A DNA stretch of 64,000 nucleotides from Candidatus Poribacteria bacterium (GTDB lineage: Bacteria > Poribacteria > WGA-4E > PCPOR2b), in NCBI GenBank assembly GCA_965208675.1, contig OZ242351.1:2752001-2816000 (forward strand), in the 5' to 3' direction. This document shows, one piece after another, positions 1 to 9,597 of the stretch (positions within the stretch are counted from its first letter, which is position 1; each line of letters starts with the position of its first letter). Below the pieces are notes generated by a model. It saw only the letters and a list, made by a program, of their open reading frames with translations. It was not told the origin of the DNA and searched no databases. Made by a program: the position numbers and the translations under genes.

Positions 1-1146
1 AAACAGGCAGAAGCCGCCAACGCGATAGCGCAATCTCAACAACTTAACAATTCTTTGGAACAACTCCGGAAGCAGCAATTATCCCTGATGTTGAACACAG
101 ACAAAGCCCCCGTCCTATCAAACCTCGGTTGGCAATATTTAAATGAGAAGAATTACGAAGCGGCTGTTCGGGAGTACAAAAAAGCACTCTGGCACAGCCC
201 AAATCTCGCGGAAGCACACAACGGAATCGGTTATGCATATACGATGCAAGGCCAACTTGAGAAAGCAATCCAAGCTCAACAGATGGCGATCCGATTGAAA
301 CCTCAGATGGCTGAAGCATACGCGGGCATGGGACTCATTCGGCTAAAGCGTGCAGAAGTTTCTCAAAGCGAAGGAGATTATGAATTAGCCCTTTCGGCGT
401 ATCGCAAGGCAACAGAATTGAAGCCGGAATTCCCGGAAGCCCTCCTGAACCTTGGCAATATTGCCAATAAACTTTCTCGTCTTGAGGAAGCTGAAAAGGC
501 TTATATAACATTGTTAACACTTCGGTCGAATCACGCGCATACCCAACTTGGCGAAATTCCGATAAGCCGGATTCATCTGAATCTGGGCAAAATTTATTTG
601 CGTCAAGAGAAATTCCCACAGGCAAATCGGCATTATCAGGAAGCACTGAAGCAAAATCCGGATCTCGCCGAAGCGTTTTATGACTTGGGATTCATAGCAT
701 TTAAAGATGGCCGGGCAGATGACGCCGTCGACAACTATAAGACTGCGCTAAAAATCCAACCCGATATGGCTGAAGCGCATTACTTCCTTGGAAAAATATA
801 CGTTGAACAGAATCAGTTTGAGCCGGCGGAGAAAGCATTTCAGAGGGTTATCGAGATTCAGCCCTCCTTCCACAGAGCCTATGAACGGTTAGCACACCTA
901 TACGGACAGACGGGCAGGTACACAAACAAGGCTGTGGCACTCGCCGAGAAAGCCGTAGAACTTCAACCCAATTCGGCGGCTTACCTCAATACCCTGTCAT
1001 GGTTGTATTACATCAACAAAGATTATGTGCAGGCGGAAAGCGCCATAAAAAAAGCACTCGTGTTGCAACCCGATAATCGGCTCTACCAACGAGGACTCAA
1101 AGCCGTTCAACAAGCCACGGGCGTTGATGGATCGGCGAGGAATTGA
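1..1146 (+). CDS. TPR-repeat protein, 5' end outside the window
   Basis: Frame 1 is open from base 1 (KQAEAANAIAQ...). Many TPR motifs (AEAHNGIG, AEAYAGMG, AEAFYDLG, AEAHYFLG). Stop overlaps the next start. Confidence 0.9.
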   Translation, partial: KQAEAANAIAQSQQLNNSLEQLRKQQLSLMLNTDKAPVLSNLGWQYLNEKNYEAAVREYKKALWHSPNLAEAHNGIGYAYTMQGQLEKAIQAQQMAIRLKPQMAEAYAGMGLIRLKRAEVSQSEGDYELALSAYRKATELKPEFPEALLNLGNIANKLSRLEEAEKAYITLLTLRSNHAHTQLGEIPISRIHLNLGKIYLRQEKFPQANRHYQEALKQNPDLAEAFYDLGFIAFKDGRADDAVDNYKTALKIQPDMAEAHYFLGKIYVEQNQFEPAEKAFQRVIEIQPSFHRAYERLAHLYGQTGRYTNKAVALAEKAVELQPNSAAYLNTLSWLYYINKDYVQAESAIKKALVLQPDNRLYQRGLKAVQQATGVDGSARN

Positions 1147-2921
1147 GTGAGGGAATGGGGAAAGCGAAGGGGACTCGGAAGTTAATCCGTTCAGGATTCA
1201 TATTCCCCGCATTCGGTTTTCTAGTCTTCTGGCTTTCTGGCTTGCCGGTGAACGCCCAATTCCACTTCACCGAAGTCCCCGCTCAAGTTACGGCTGCGGC
1301 ATCCGTGTTCCGCGGGACCGGCATCCACTTTCAGCACTCAGACGGCCGCAGCGGTGAGCGGTATTTTGTTGAGACGCTTGGCTCCGGCGCCGCGTGGTTT
1401 GATTATGACGAAGATGGAGATTTGGACATCTATTTCGTCAACGGCGCGGATTTGCCGAAGATGCGCTCGGATGTTCCGCCGACTAACGCACTTTACCGCA
1501 ATAACGGCGACGGCACCTTCACCGATGTGACATCTGATGCTGGCGTGGGCGATACGGGATATGGTTTTGGTTGCTGCGTAGGCGATTACGATAACGACGG
1601 TTACTCAGACCTTTATGTCACGAATTTCGGCCCAAATCTTCTGTATCACAATAACGGCGACGGCACCTTCACCGACATGACGCATGAAGCAGGTGTTGGA
1701 GATGAGCGGTGGGGAGCTTCCGCTGCTTTCGCCGATTATGACAACGATGGCGACATAGATTTATTTGTCGCCAACTATGTGACGTATCAATTAGAGAATA
1801 ATCAGGATTGCTATGAGAGAGGCATCCGCGCCTATTGTCCGCCGGCAGATTTCGCGGGGGCGCTGGATGTGCTTTATCGAAACGACGGCAATGGCACGTT
1901 TACAGACATCACACAGAATGCGGGATTCATGAACTCAAACGGCAAGGGGCTGGGCGTCGTTTGGGGGGACTATGACAACGACGGCTATGCTGACCTTTCC
2001 GTGGCGAATGATACGACGCCTGACACACTTTATTGGAACAAGGGCGATGGCACTTTTATGGAGGTGGGGACTTTCGTTGGGGTTGCCTTTAGCGGCAGAG
2101 GCACTGCCTTAAGCGGGATGGGCATCAGTTTCGGCGATTATGACAACGACGGCTGGTTAGATCGGGTTGTGACGAACTTCCAGGATGAACCAAACACTCT
2201 CCATCACAACGACGGGATTGGGGAAAATACAGGGCTTCCCCCTGTTTTCGCCGATACGACTTTTTCAGCCGGCCTTGGAAGGCCAAGCCTTCCGTATCTC
2301 GCCTGGGGTGTGGATTTCGTAGATCTCGACAACGATGGGCATCTGGACATCTTCGCGGCGAATGGGCATGTACACGACAAGGCCGAAGAAATTAACAGAG
2401 ATGTCAATCAGAGCAGTACGTACGCCCAGCGAAACCAGGTCTTCAGAAATCGAGGCGATGGCGGTTTCTATGAGATTTCCGAGGGCATCGGCACCGGATT
2501 GCACATAAAGAAAGTAAGCCGCGGCGCCGCATTCGGCGATTATGACAACGATGGCGACGTTGACATCTTGATTACCAATTCCAATCAGGCGCCGGACCTC
2601 ATTCGGAACGACAGCGTAAATTCAAACCACTGGCTGATGCTGGAGACCATCGGCACGCAGAGTAATCGGGACGGGATTGGTGCCCGTGTGAAAGTGACCG
2701 CAGGAGGATTCTCACAAATCCGGGAAGTAAAAAGCGGCTCCAGTTACCTTTGTCAGAGCGATATGCGGTTACATTTTGGACTTGGCGAGGCATCAGAAGC
2801 CGATTCGGTGGAGATTCGATGGCCCAGCGGGTTGGTGGAGCGTTTTGAAGGCGTCAAAGCCAATCAGTTTGTGAAGGTGATAGAGGGGGAAGGACAGCTC
2901 CTGTCACAACCGTCTGAATGA
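1143..2921 (+). CDS. CRTAC1/ASPIC-UnbV family FG-GAP repeat protein
   Basis: Signal-like N-terminus, repeated DYDNDGxxD Ca-binding motifs, C-terminal NRDGIGARV...SGSSYLCQS...LHFGLG...IRWPSG ASPIC/UnbV domain. Confidence 0.92.
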   Translation: MSEGMGKAKGTRKLIRSGFIFPAFGFLVFWLSGLPVNAQFHFTEVPAQVTAAASVFRGTGIHFQHSDGRSGERYFVETLGSGAAWFDYDEDGDLDIYFVNGADLPKMRSDVPPTNALYRNNGDGTFTDVTSDAGVGDTGYGFGCCVGDYDNDGYSDLYVTNFGPNLLYHNNGDGTFTDMTHEAGVGDERWGASAAFADYDNDGDIDLFVANYVTYQLENNQDCYERGIRAYCPPADFAGALDVLYRNDGNGTFTDITQNAGFMNSNGKGLGVVWGDYDNDGYADLSVANDTTPDTLYWNKGDGTFMEVGTFVGVAFSGRGTALSGMGISFGDYDNDGWLDRVVTNFQDEPNTLHHNDGIGENTGLPPVFADTTFSAGLGRPSLPYLAWGVDFVDLDNDGHLDIFAANGHVHDKAEEINRDVNQSSTYAQRNQVFRNRGDGGFYEISEGIGTGLHIKKVSRGAAFGDYDNDGDVDILITNSNQAPDLIRNDSVNSNHWLMLETIGTQSNRDGIGARVKVTAGGFSQIREVKSGSSYLCQSDMRLHFGLGEASEADSVEIRWPSGLVERFEGVKANQFVKVIEGEGQLLSQPSE

Positions 2922-3225
2922 ACTTTGGAAAATCCGCTTTACCCGGTGCGGCCCCATCTTCGAAACGCACTGGCGCAACAGATACGGGCACTCGGTTTCG
3001 GGAAATGGTGCCAGTACATTCACGATTTTGAAGAACACATCGCCTCCATGGAATATCTTCCCGACGCTCTTCACAGATAACGCTCCTAAGAGCCGGTCGA
3101 CATCGTACATGAAGCGGTCATCCGTGAATATCTGGAAAAAGTGACAAAACAAAAAAGGGCGAATCAATTGAACCATGTTCGTCTGATGAAGTCTAGCGGA
3201 GCGAAGTCAGAATTAGTCTAATGCA

Positions 3226-4710
3226 TCAGTATATTACCCTTTCCTCCCTAAATAATTCGCCCATCATTATATTACCCTTCCCATCATAAATTCGCCACTC
3301 CCCATCCACTTTTCGCATTTTAAGAACGAATCCAGTGTTCCTGGGGCTATCCGACGTTGGCGCTTCTAATCGGAAATGAAATTCATCGCCGACATATTCA
3401 CTACTCACAATCTCTATCTGACTATAACCCTCCCGCATCTTCGACTGTCCTTCCGGAGTTTGAATTGCATCCAGTCCCTTCAGTATAGACTGAATCACAG
3501 ATTCTCTCGTCTTTTCTACTAACGCTTCTGGCACCCCTTCTGGAAAATTATCTTCAATTGCATTTAAGGTTTCATTTACAAATTCTTCTGGAAACTCCCC
3601 TCCGAGGAAACGTAAACTAGTTTCAATATGATCTCTGTAAGCTCCTGTCACAAAGGGGAGAGTTTCCTCTAAATCCACATTCTTAAGTGCTTCCACATAA
3701 GCGTTCATCACCTCTTCGGCGGATAAGATTGTGCCTTCTGATGCAACGGATGAATCGGTTTCGCCTGATTCGGAATCCTGATTAGATGCCCCGTCCGTTG
3801 CTAGTTGCGACGCCTGCGTTTCCGATTGTTCGTCGGCACCTTCTAGATGATCGAAGAAGTCCTCAATTTGCAGCATCTCTTCTGCGGAGATTTGCGGCTT
3901 ATTTTCGGGTAAAGGTGCGCTGACCGCGCCTTTACGAGCGGTGTCCGTTTGAGCGACCGAGGTTTCAGACTCAGTTGGCGTCGAAGCTACAATCTCAACC
4001 GATGGAGACGAATCTTCTTTCGACGATATGAACTGGCGCGTTCCGATGAAGGCGAGTACAATGATGGCTACCGCCCCGGCGGTGATTTTGGGTACTGTTC
4101 CAACTTTCATGACCGTTAATCCTCCTGAGTAGATTTGTTTGAGTGTGGGCATCGGAGAAACAAACACACCAGTAAGCAGATGACCCAATCGTTTGGCGAG
4201 TTTCTGCTTGGCGCGCGAGAGCCGAAACGAAATCGCCTTGTATGACAACCCATGCGTCCGAATCAGTTCGTCGTAGCCTGCGCCTTCAAGATAGTACGAG
4301 CGAGCGATTTCCCTATCTTTTTGCGGCAACGTTTCAATCGCGCGGCGAATCAGTTCCCTCTGTTCGCGGCGTATCAACTGTTCGTCGGGTGCGTCCGGGG
4401 TTAGGAGTGTGTGTGCGCTCGCTTCATCAATGGAAACAGTATTGACACGCTGTTTTCGCAACCAATCTCGTGCACTGTTTCGGGCAATCTCTGCCAGCCA
4501 GTATTTGAATTTTTCCCGATCCTCATACTGCACCAAGCCACGGTAGGCGTTGAGAAAGGTGTCTTGCACAATCTCTTCGGCATCGTTCGGATTGTTTACA
4601 AATCCGATTACAACCGCATAAACAAAGGCGTAATGCACCCGCATTAACTCCGTGAATGCACCTTCGTCCCCCGCTTGAACGCGGTAAATCAGATCTTTAG
4701 TGTTAGCCAC
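3226..4710 (-). CDS. ECF sigma factor fused to TM helix, acidic linker and NTF2/DUF4878-like domain (family 1, copy A)
   Basis: sigma2 (DAEEIVQDTFL, FKYWL..IARN) and sigma4 (RLSRAKQKL), hydrophobic AGAVAIIVLAFIG, C-terminal SAEEVMNAY...SSEYVGDEFHF...KMRKVDGEWRIY. GTG start with AAGGAGG. Confidence 0.9.
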   Translation of the reverse strand: MANTKDLIYRVQAGDEGAFTELMRVHYAFVYAVVIGFVNNPNDAEEIVQDTFLNAYRGLVQYEDREKFKYWLAEIARNSARDWLRKQRVNTVSIDEASAHTLLTPDAPDEQLIRREQRELIRRAIETLPQKDREIARSYYLEGAGYDELIRTHGLSYKAISFRLSRAKQKLAKRLGHLLTGVFVSPMPTLKQIYSGGLTVMKVGTVPKITAGAVAIIVLAFIGTRQFISSKEDSSPSVEIVASTPTESETSVAQTDTARKGAVSAPLPENKPQISAEEMLQIEDFFDHLEGADEQSETQASQLATDGASNQDSESGETDSSVASEGTILSAEEVMNAYVEALKNVDLEETLPFVTGAYRDHIETSLRFLGGEFPEEFVNETLNAIEDNFPEGVPEALVEKTRESVIQSILKGLDAIQTPEGQSKMREGYSQIEIVSSEYVGDEFHFRLEAPTSDSPRNTGFVLKMRKVDGEWRIYDGKGNIMMGELFREERVIY

Positions 4711-4745
4711 TGTTCTTCATTCCTCCTTATACCCCTTAATCAAAC

Positions 4746-4771
4746 ATAACGACGTTCTGCGATTTTTTCTA
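4746..4771 (-). promoter_or_regulatory. Putative ECF promoter of copy A (TAGAAAAA...CGTTAT)
   Basis: 26-nt motif aligns without gaps upstream of all five family-1 sigma genes. Confidence 0.6.
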
Positions 4772-4790
4772 GCACTTTTTTTGAAGATGT

Positions 4791-4889
4791 AACTGTCTGA
4801 ATCAGGATTTACCGGATTAAAGGATTCCCAGGATATCAGATTAGTCGCGGGTTGAAAATAAAAAAGGCGAATGGGTTGTACCATTCGCC
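4791..4889. repeat. Junction repeat R1 (four GGAT boxes plus minus-strand terminator)
   Basis: aactgtctgaatcaggatttaccggattaaaggattcccaggat...gaaaataaaaaaggcgaatgggttgtaccattcgcc. 91/99 identical to R4 by manual count. Confidence 0.95.
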
Positions 4890-4927
4890 ACGTGAAGTCT
4901 TTGGGAATAGAGTTGGGAGTTTGTTGA

Positions 4928-6397
4928 TTATTCCCTTGCATAAATTATCCACACTCCATCAACATTCCGCATCTTAACGAGGCGCATTATGCTTTCTGGT
5001 GGCTTTGGAAACCCTGGAGGAAGCTCTCCCAATCCCGGTAGTTTTGGCATCGGCACGCTCAATCGGAAGTGAAATTCATCACCGACATATTCGCTCCTCA
5101 CAATCTCCATCTCCCCATACATTTCCTGTGCCATTTGCCGTATCTTCGCCTGCACTTTTGAATTCTGGTTAATCTCCAACATCATTTGCTGCAGACTATC
5201 CATCTGTTTTTCTGACATCGCTTCTTTTTCTTTCGACATCTCGTCGGAAATACGATCTGCTACGTCTTCTGAAAACCCATCACTGAAGATGTGCAAAGTA
5301 GTTTCAATGTGATTTCTGGCGGTCCCATCTACGTACGGGAGCAATGCCTCAAAGTCAAAAGTCCTATATGCATCGAGATAAGTATCCATCAACTCTTCGG
5401 CGGCAAAACTAGCGCTTTCGGCTTCAAAAGATGAATCAGTGACATTGCCTTTTTGAAAATCTTGATTGGTTGTCTCGTGCGTTGCTAGTTGTGAGATAGC
5501 GGCCTCCGATTGCGCGTCTGACTCATCAAGGTGAGCGAAAAAGTTTTCGATTTGCTGCATCTCCTCTGCAGAGATTTGCGGTTTGTCTTCAGGCACAGAC
5601 GCGACGACTGCGCTTTTACGAGCGGCGTCCGTTTGAGCGACCGAGGTTTCAGGCTCAGTTGGCGTTGAAGCAACAATCTCTTCCGATGGCGACGAATCTT
5701 CTTTCGACGATAGGAACTGGCGCGTTCCGATGAAGGCGAGTACAATGATGGCTACGGCCCCGGCGGTGATTTTGGGTACTGTTCCAACTTTCATGACCGT
5801 TAATCCTCCTGAATAGATTTGTTTGAGTGTGGTTATCGGAGAAACGAATACACCAGAAAGCAGATGACCCAACCGCTTGGCGAGTTTCTGTTTGGCGCGT
5901 GAGAGTCGAAACGAAATTGCCTTGTATGACAACCCGTGCGTCCGAATCAGTTCGTCGTAGCTTGCGCCTTCAAGATAGTACGAACGCGCGATGTCCCTAT
6001 CTTTTTGCGGCAAGGTTTCCATCGCGCGGCGAATCAGTTCTCTCTGTTCGCGGCGTATCAACTCTTCGTCAGGTGAATCCGCGGTTTGAAGCGTACCTTC
6101 GCTCACCTCGTTGATGGATACGGCGTCGATTCGTTGTTGTTCTCGCAACCAGTTTAAGGCTCGATTTCGCGCAATTTTTGCGAGCCAGCCTTTGAATCTT
6201 TTCGTATCCTCAAGTTGTGGCAAACCGCGGTAAGCGTTAAGGAAGATTTCTTGGACAACTTCCTCGGCGTCGTTGGGATTGTTTACGATTCCGATTACAA
6301 TCGCATAAACGAAGGCATAATACGCCTGCATTAACTCAGTGAACGCACCTTCGTCCCATGTTTGGGCGCGAGAAATGAGGGCGTTGTCGTTATCCAC
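4928..6397 (-). CDS. ECF sigma-TM-NTF2-like fusion (family 1, copy B)
   Basis: Paralog of copy A with the same sigma, TM and C-terminal motifs. GTG start with GGAGG. Confidence 0.9.
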   Translation of the reverse strand: MDNDNALISRAQTWDEGAFTELMQAYYAFVYAIVIGIVNNPNDAEEVVQEIFLNAYRGLPQLEDTKRFKGWLAKIARNRALNWLREQQRIDAVSINEVSEGTLQTADSPDEELIRREQRELIRRAMETLPQKDRDIARSYYLEGASYDELIRTHGLSYKAISFRLSRAKQKLAKRLGHLLSGVFVSPITTLKQIYSGGLTVMKVGTVPKITAGAVAIIVLAFIGTRQFLSSKEDSSPSEEIVASTPTEPETSVAQTDAARKSAVVASVPEDKPQISAEEMQQIENFFAHLDESDAQSEAAISQLATHETTNQDFQKGNVTDSSFEAESASFAAEELMDTYLDAYRTFDFEALLPYVDGTARNHIETTLHIFSDGFSEDVADRISDEMSKEKEAMSEKQMDSLQQMMLEINQNSKVQAKIRQMAQEMYGEMEIVRSEYVGDEFHFRLSVPMPKLPGLGELPPGFPKPPESIMRLVKMRNVDGVWIIYARE

Positions 6398-6426
6398 AGT
6401 TTTTCGTTCCTCCGTTGCATTATATT

Positions 6427-6452
6427 AAGACACTGTTCTGCGATTTTTTCTA
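6427..6452 (-). promoter_or_regulatory. Putative ECF promoter of copy B (TAGAAAAA...TGTCTT)
   Basis: Same 26-nt motif as at 4746. Confidence 0.6.
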
Positions 6453-6469
6453 GCACTTTTTTGTGATGT

Positions 6470-6569
6470 AACTGTCTGACTCAGGATTTACCGGATTAAA
6501 GGATTCTCAGGATATCAGATTTTTCGCGGGCAGAAAATAAAAAAAGGCGAATGGGTTGAACCATTCGCC
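6470..6569. repeat. Junction repeat R2
   Basis: Near-identical to R1. Hairpin GGCGAATGG-N6-CCATTCGCC followed by a T run on the minus strand. Confidence 0.95.
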
Positions 6570-6618
6570 TTGTGAAATCTTGGGGAATACGGTTGTGGGT
6601 TTGTTAAGAGTTCCGCTT

Positions 6619-9360
6619 TTAATACAAATAATTAACTTCGTAAATTTGCCATGCACCGTTCTCTTTTCGCATCTTAACAGACGTACCCGGCATCTCTAGG
6701 TGCTCGGGCATCTCCGGCAGCTCTATCCCCTGTAATTCGGGCATCTCCGATATGTCCGGTATCTCTATTTTCGGCATGGCTATTTTCAATTGGAAGTGGA
6801 ATTCATCGTCGACATATTTACTGGTCACAATCTCAACCTGACTGAACATTGATCGCACCATCGGATTCTGCATCGTATCGTTTAACATCTGAATCATACC
6901 GTCCGCCATTTCTTCTGATAACCCAATGTCATTATAATATATATCAACAAGCTCATCCGGAAGCTCACCGTTAAACATGCCTATAAGACCCGTTACCACT
7001 GGTCGGGCAGTGCCTGTCACATACGGCAGCATCGTCTCAAGTTCAAGCTTTCTATACGCCTCTATATAGGCATTCATCAACTCTTCGGCGGATGCATTCG
7101 CGTCGGTTGTGCTGGACTCGGTTTCAGATTCAGACGGTAGTTGGGAGGTGTCCACTTCCGGTTCTTCGATTTGACCGAGGGAGTCCTTGCCAACGATGAC
7201 GGTGGCGCGCTTGTTTCGAGGGAATACACTCGCCGCCAGGTGCTGCATGTCTGCATCGGTAACGCGCTGGATGGCATCACGCAATTCGTTGCCATCCAGT
7301 TTCAGTTGATACCGACGACCGGTGCTGAAAGCTAAACCGTAAAGGTTTTGCGCCCACATGGCATCCGGCACCTCAACTGTGCCCAACATTGCCATTGAGT
7401 TAAGCGTTCGCTGTTTGTCCTCCGGTGTAAGTTTTGTCGCCAACGCCGTGTTTAGGCGTTCGTCGAGTTGAATCAGTGCAATATGGTCGTCTGTGTCAGA
7501 TTGTAGGTCGGTTTGGAGCACAAGTGTGGTATCATCCTCCAGCGGTGTGAAGTACACACGCGGTGTTTTACCCGGCTGAAAGACGAACTGTGCGCTTGCC
7601 CACAAACGCGAGACAACTATCAGGAACGGCGCGTACTCCTTACTCCCGGGTCGGGGTGCAGCATATCCAATCGCTGCGACGCCGGTCGTATCGTCGTTCA
7701 CAGGTTCTGCAGTAAGCAACCGCAGCCCGCCGGTCAATGCTATAGACTTGCGCGGTTTAATAGGGGGCGACACGCTGGGCGAAATGTGACCGAAGTTTTG
7801 GTGAATCAACTGCCGCGCTTCGGCAACGTCAAACCCGCCTGCGATGGCAAGAATGGCGTTGTTCGGTTTGTAGTAATTCTGCCAAAATTGCTGGAGCTCG
7901 TCGAGCGTCATAGTCTCGATGTGCTCGGGCGCGACGCCGACGCGTCCGCCTTCGAGAATCGTGTGCAAGTGAGCTCGAACACTGTTTAAACCGACCAGCG
8001 ACGGGACGCCACTATACATGTTCCTCAACTCCGCCATCACGCGAGGCACCTCACGATTCAGATCGGCTTGGGTAATGCGTAGGTCATTCATGCGGGTAGC
8101 CGCGTCCTTCAATTCGGACGCGAATTGTTTTGCTTCGACGACCCCGGCAAAAACGGTGTAGTCAAATCCCGTGTGCGAGTTCCAGCCTGCAACATAGCGT
8201 GCCTGAAGCTGTATGGCGCCGCGCGCTGGGGAGTCGCCGGCTGCAGCGGTATAATACAGGTGTTCAAGCAGGTGTGCTCTGCCGGACTTTCCGATCGGGT
8301 CGTGGTCTCCGCCCAAATTGAACAGCACTACAACCGCCACTTGGCTTGACGTGGGAACAGGGCGTAGAATGACTGTCAGCCCATTTTCCAGTTTGTACGG
8401 CGCCCGTATCTCGGTCTTTGAAATTTTAACCTCGGCGACGGAGTTGATCGGACTCGGTTGCTCGGGCGAATTACCGACAATCCCCGTGCCGTGTTCACCA
8501 AGAACCGTTGGCGGTTTGGCCCCCTCGGCCACGAGTTCCACCGGAATCTCTGCAAACATTGTCATCTGGATTTCGCTGGGAAGCGGTGAACTGGCCAGAT
8601 CGCCGGGCGTAGCAACTGGTCGGAGAAATTGATTGAAAAGCATAAAGGTAAGTACTATCCCGACGGTCGCTGAACCGATGAATGGAAGCAACGGCTTCGT
8701 TGAAATCGGTTGCACTTTGGTTGACTTAATGGCTTCGACGATTCGGAACGTAAAGCCTGACTGTAATTTTTTCTCTGCAAATGTGGTGTCTATCATCGAA
8801 ATCAACTCCTCCTTCAGTTTGGTTCTGGCTCGCATCAACCGTTGGTTCACGGTGTTGACAGAAGTCCCCAAAAACCGCGCAATCTCCTTGCTACTCAGAC
8901 CGCCAAGATAGTAGAGCGTCAACGTCTGTCGATAGATTTCCGGCAATTGATCAATCGCCTCACGGATGGATTCGGCTGCGGCTTCGCTTCGATAGGCATC
9001 AATTGACGGTGTGTCCAAGAGCGCCGTGTCTTGGTCCTCGATGTAGTCTCCATCTGGACGGCGTAATCGGGATGTGAGAAAATTTGTGCACGAATTAACC
9101 GTAATTGAGAACAGCCACGCTAAGAAGTTATCCCGTCGCTTGAGGGTAGGAAGTTTCTGATAGGCTTTAATAAAGACTTCTTGGGTGATGTCCTCAGCAT
9201 CGTGGAAGTTTCTAAGCTTTGTGTAAGCTAGGGCATAGACGCTCGACTTGTATTTATCAACGAGCAAGCCAAACGCCGCCGATTCTCCATTAAGGCATTT
9301 TCCGATGATGTATCCATCTTCTGTGTACACGGTTCTATTCCTCTCACCAAATGGCTTCAT
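6619..9360 (-). CDS. ECF sigma factor (family 2) fused to TM helix, M16 zinc peptidase and the same NTF2-like domain
   Basis: sigma2 DAEDITQEVFIKAY, sigma4 EIARFLGTSVNTVNQRLMRAR, TM, M16 motifs LENGL, HLLEH (HxxEH), YYKPNNAIL. C-terminal SAEELMNAY...YVDDEFHF...KMRKENGAWQIYE. Confidence 0.9.
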   Translation of the reverse strand: MKPFGERNRTVYTEDGYIIGKCLNGESAAFGLLVDKYKSSVYALAYTKLRNFHDAEDITQEVFIKAYQKLPTLKRRDNFLAWLFSITVNSCTNFLTSRLRRPDGDYIEDQDTALLDTPSIDAYRSEAAAESIREAIDQLPEIYRQTLTLYYLGGLSSKEIARFLGTSVNTVNQRLMRARTKLKEELISMIDTTFAEKKLQSGFTFRIVEAIKSTKVQPISTKPLLPFIGSATVGIVLTFMLFNQFLRPVATPGDLASSPLPSEIQMTMFAEIPVELVAEGAKPPTVLGEHGTGIVGNSPEQPSPINSVAEVKISKTEIRAPYKLENGLTVILRPVPTSSQVAVVVLFNLGGDHDPIGKSGRAHLLEHLYYTAAAGDSPARGAIQLQARYVAGWNSHTGFDYTVFAGVVEAKQFASELKDAATRMNDLRITQADLNREVPRVMAELRNMYSGVPSLVGLNSVRAHLHTILEGGRVGVAPEHIETMTLDELQQFWQNYYKPNNAILAIAGGFDVAEARQLIHQNFGHISPSVSPPIKPRKSIALTGGLRLLTAEPVNDDTTGVAAIGYAAPRPGSKEYAPFLIVVSRLWASAQFVFQPGKTPRVYFTPLEDDTTLVLQTDLQSDTDDHIALIQLDERLNTALATKLTPEDKQRTLNSMAMLGTVEVPDAMWAQNLYGLAFSTGRRYQLKLDGNELRDAIQRVTDADMQHLAASVFPRNKRATVIVGKDSLGQIEEPEVDTSQLPSESETESSTTDANASAEELMNAYIEAYRKLELETMLPYVTGTARPVVTGLIGMFNGELPDELVDIYYNDIGLSEEMADGMIQMLNDTMQNPMVRSMFSQVEIVTSKYVDDEFHFQLKIAMPKIEIPDISEMPELQGIELPEMPEHLEMPGTSVKMRKENGAWQIYEVNYLY

Positions 9361-9365
9361 TTAGT

Positions 9366-9394
9366 ATGACAATGCAAAAGACCGAAATATTACA
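9366..9394 (-). promoter_or_regulatory. Putative family-2 ECF promoter TGTAAT-N17-TGTCAT, 5 nt before the ATG (likely leaderless)
   Basis: Conserved at 15798-15826 in the same position relative to the paralogous ATG. No SD present. Confidence 0.6.
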
Positions 9395-9452
9395 CGGGCA
9401 GACAATTTTTCGGTTGAAAGAGAGGATAAGTGACAGGGTGTATCTGTTACCG

Positions 9453-9551
9453 AACTGTCTGACTCAGGATTTACCGGATTAAAGGATTCTCAGGATAACA
9501 AATTTTTCGCGGGTTGAAAATAAAAAAGGCGAATGGGTTGAACCATCCGCC
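9453..9551. repeat. Junction repeat R3
   Basis: Near-identical to R1/R2, with one mismatch in the terminator stem. Confidence 0.95.
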
Positions 9552-9597
9552 TTGCGAAGTCTTGTGGGATTGAGTTGCCGGTTGCTTTAACGTCTGA

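Noticed and set aside
2904-3220. 90-aa minus-strand ORF or a plus-strand pseudogene
   Set aside because: No recognisable motifs. The plus frame has stops and I cannot assign it to a family.
4717-4941. Short ORFs across junction repeats (also 15776-16033, 24122-24343)
   Set aside because: They run through terminator and promoter sequence, and the frames are not maintained among repeat copies.
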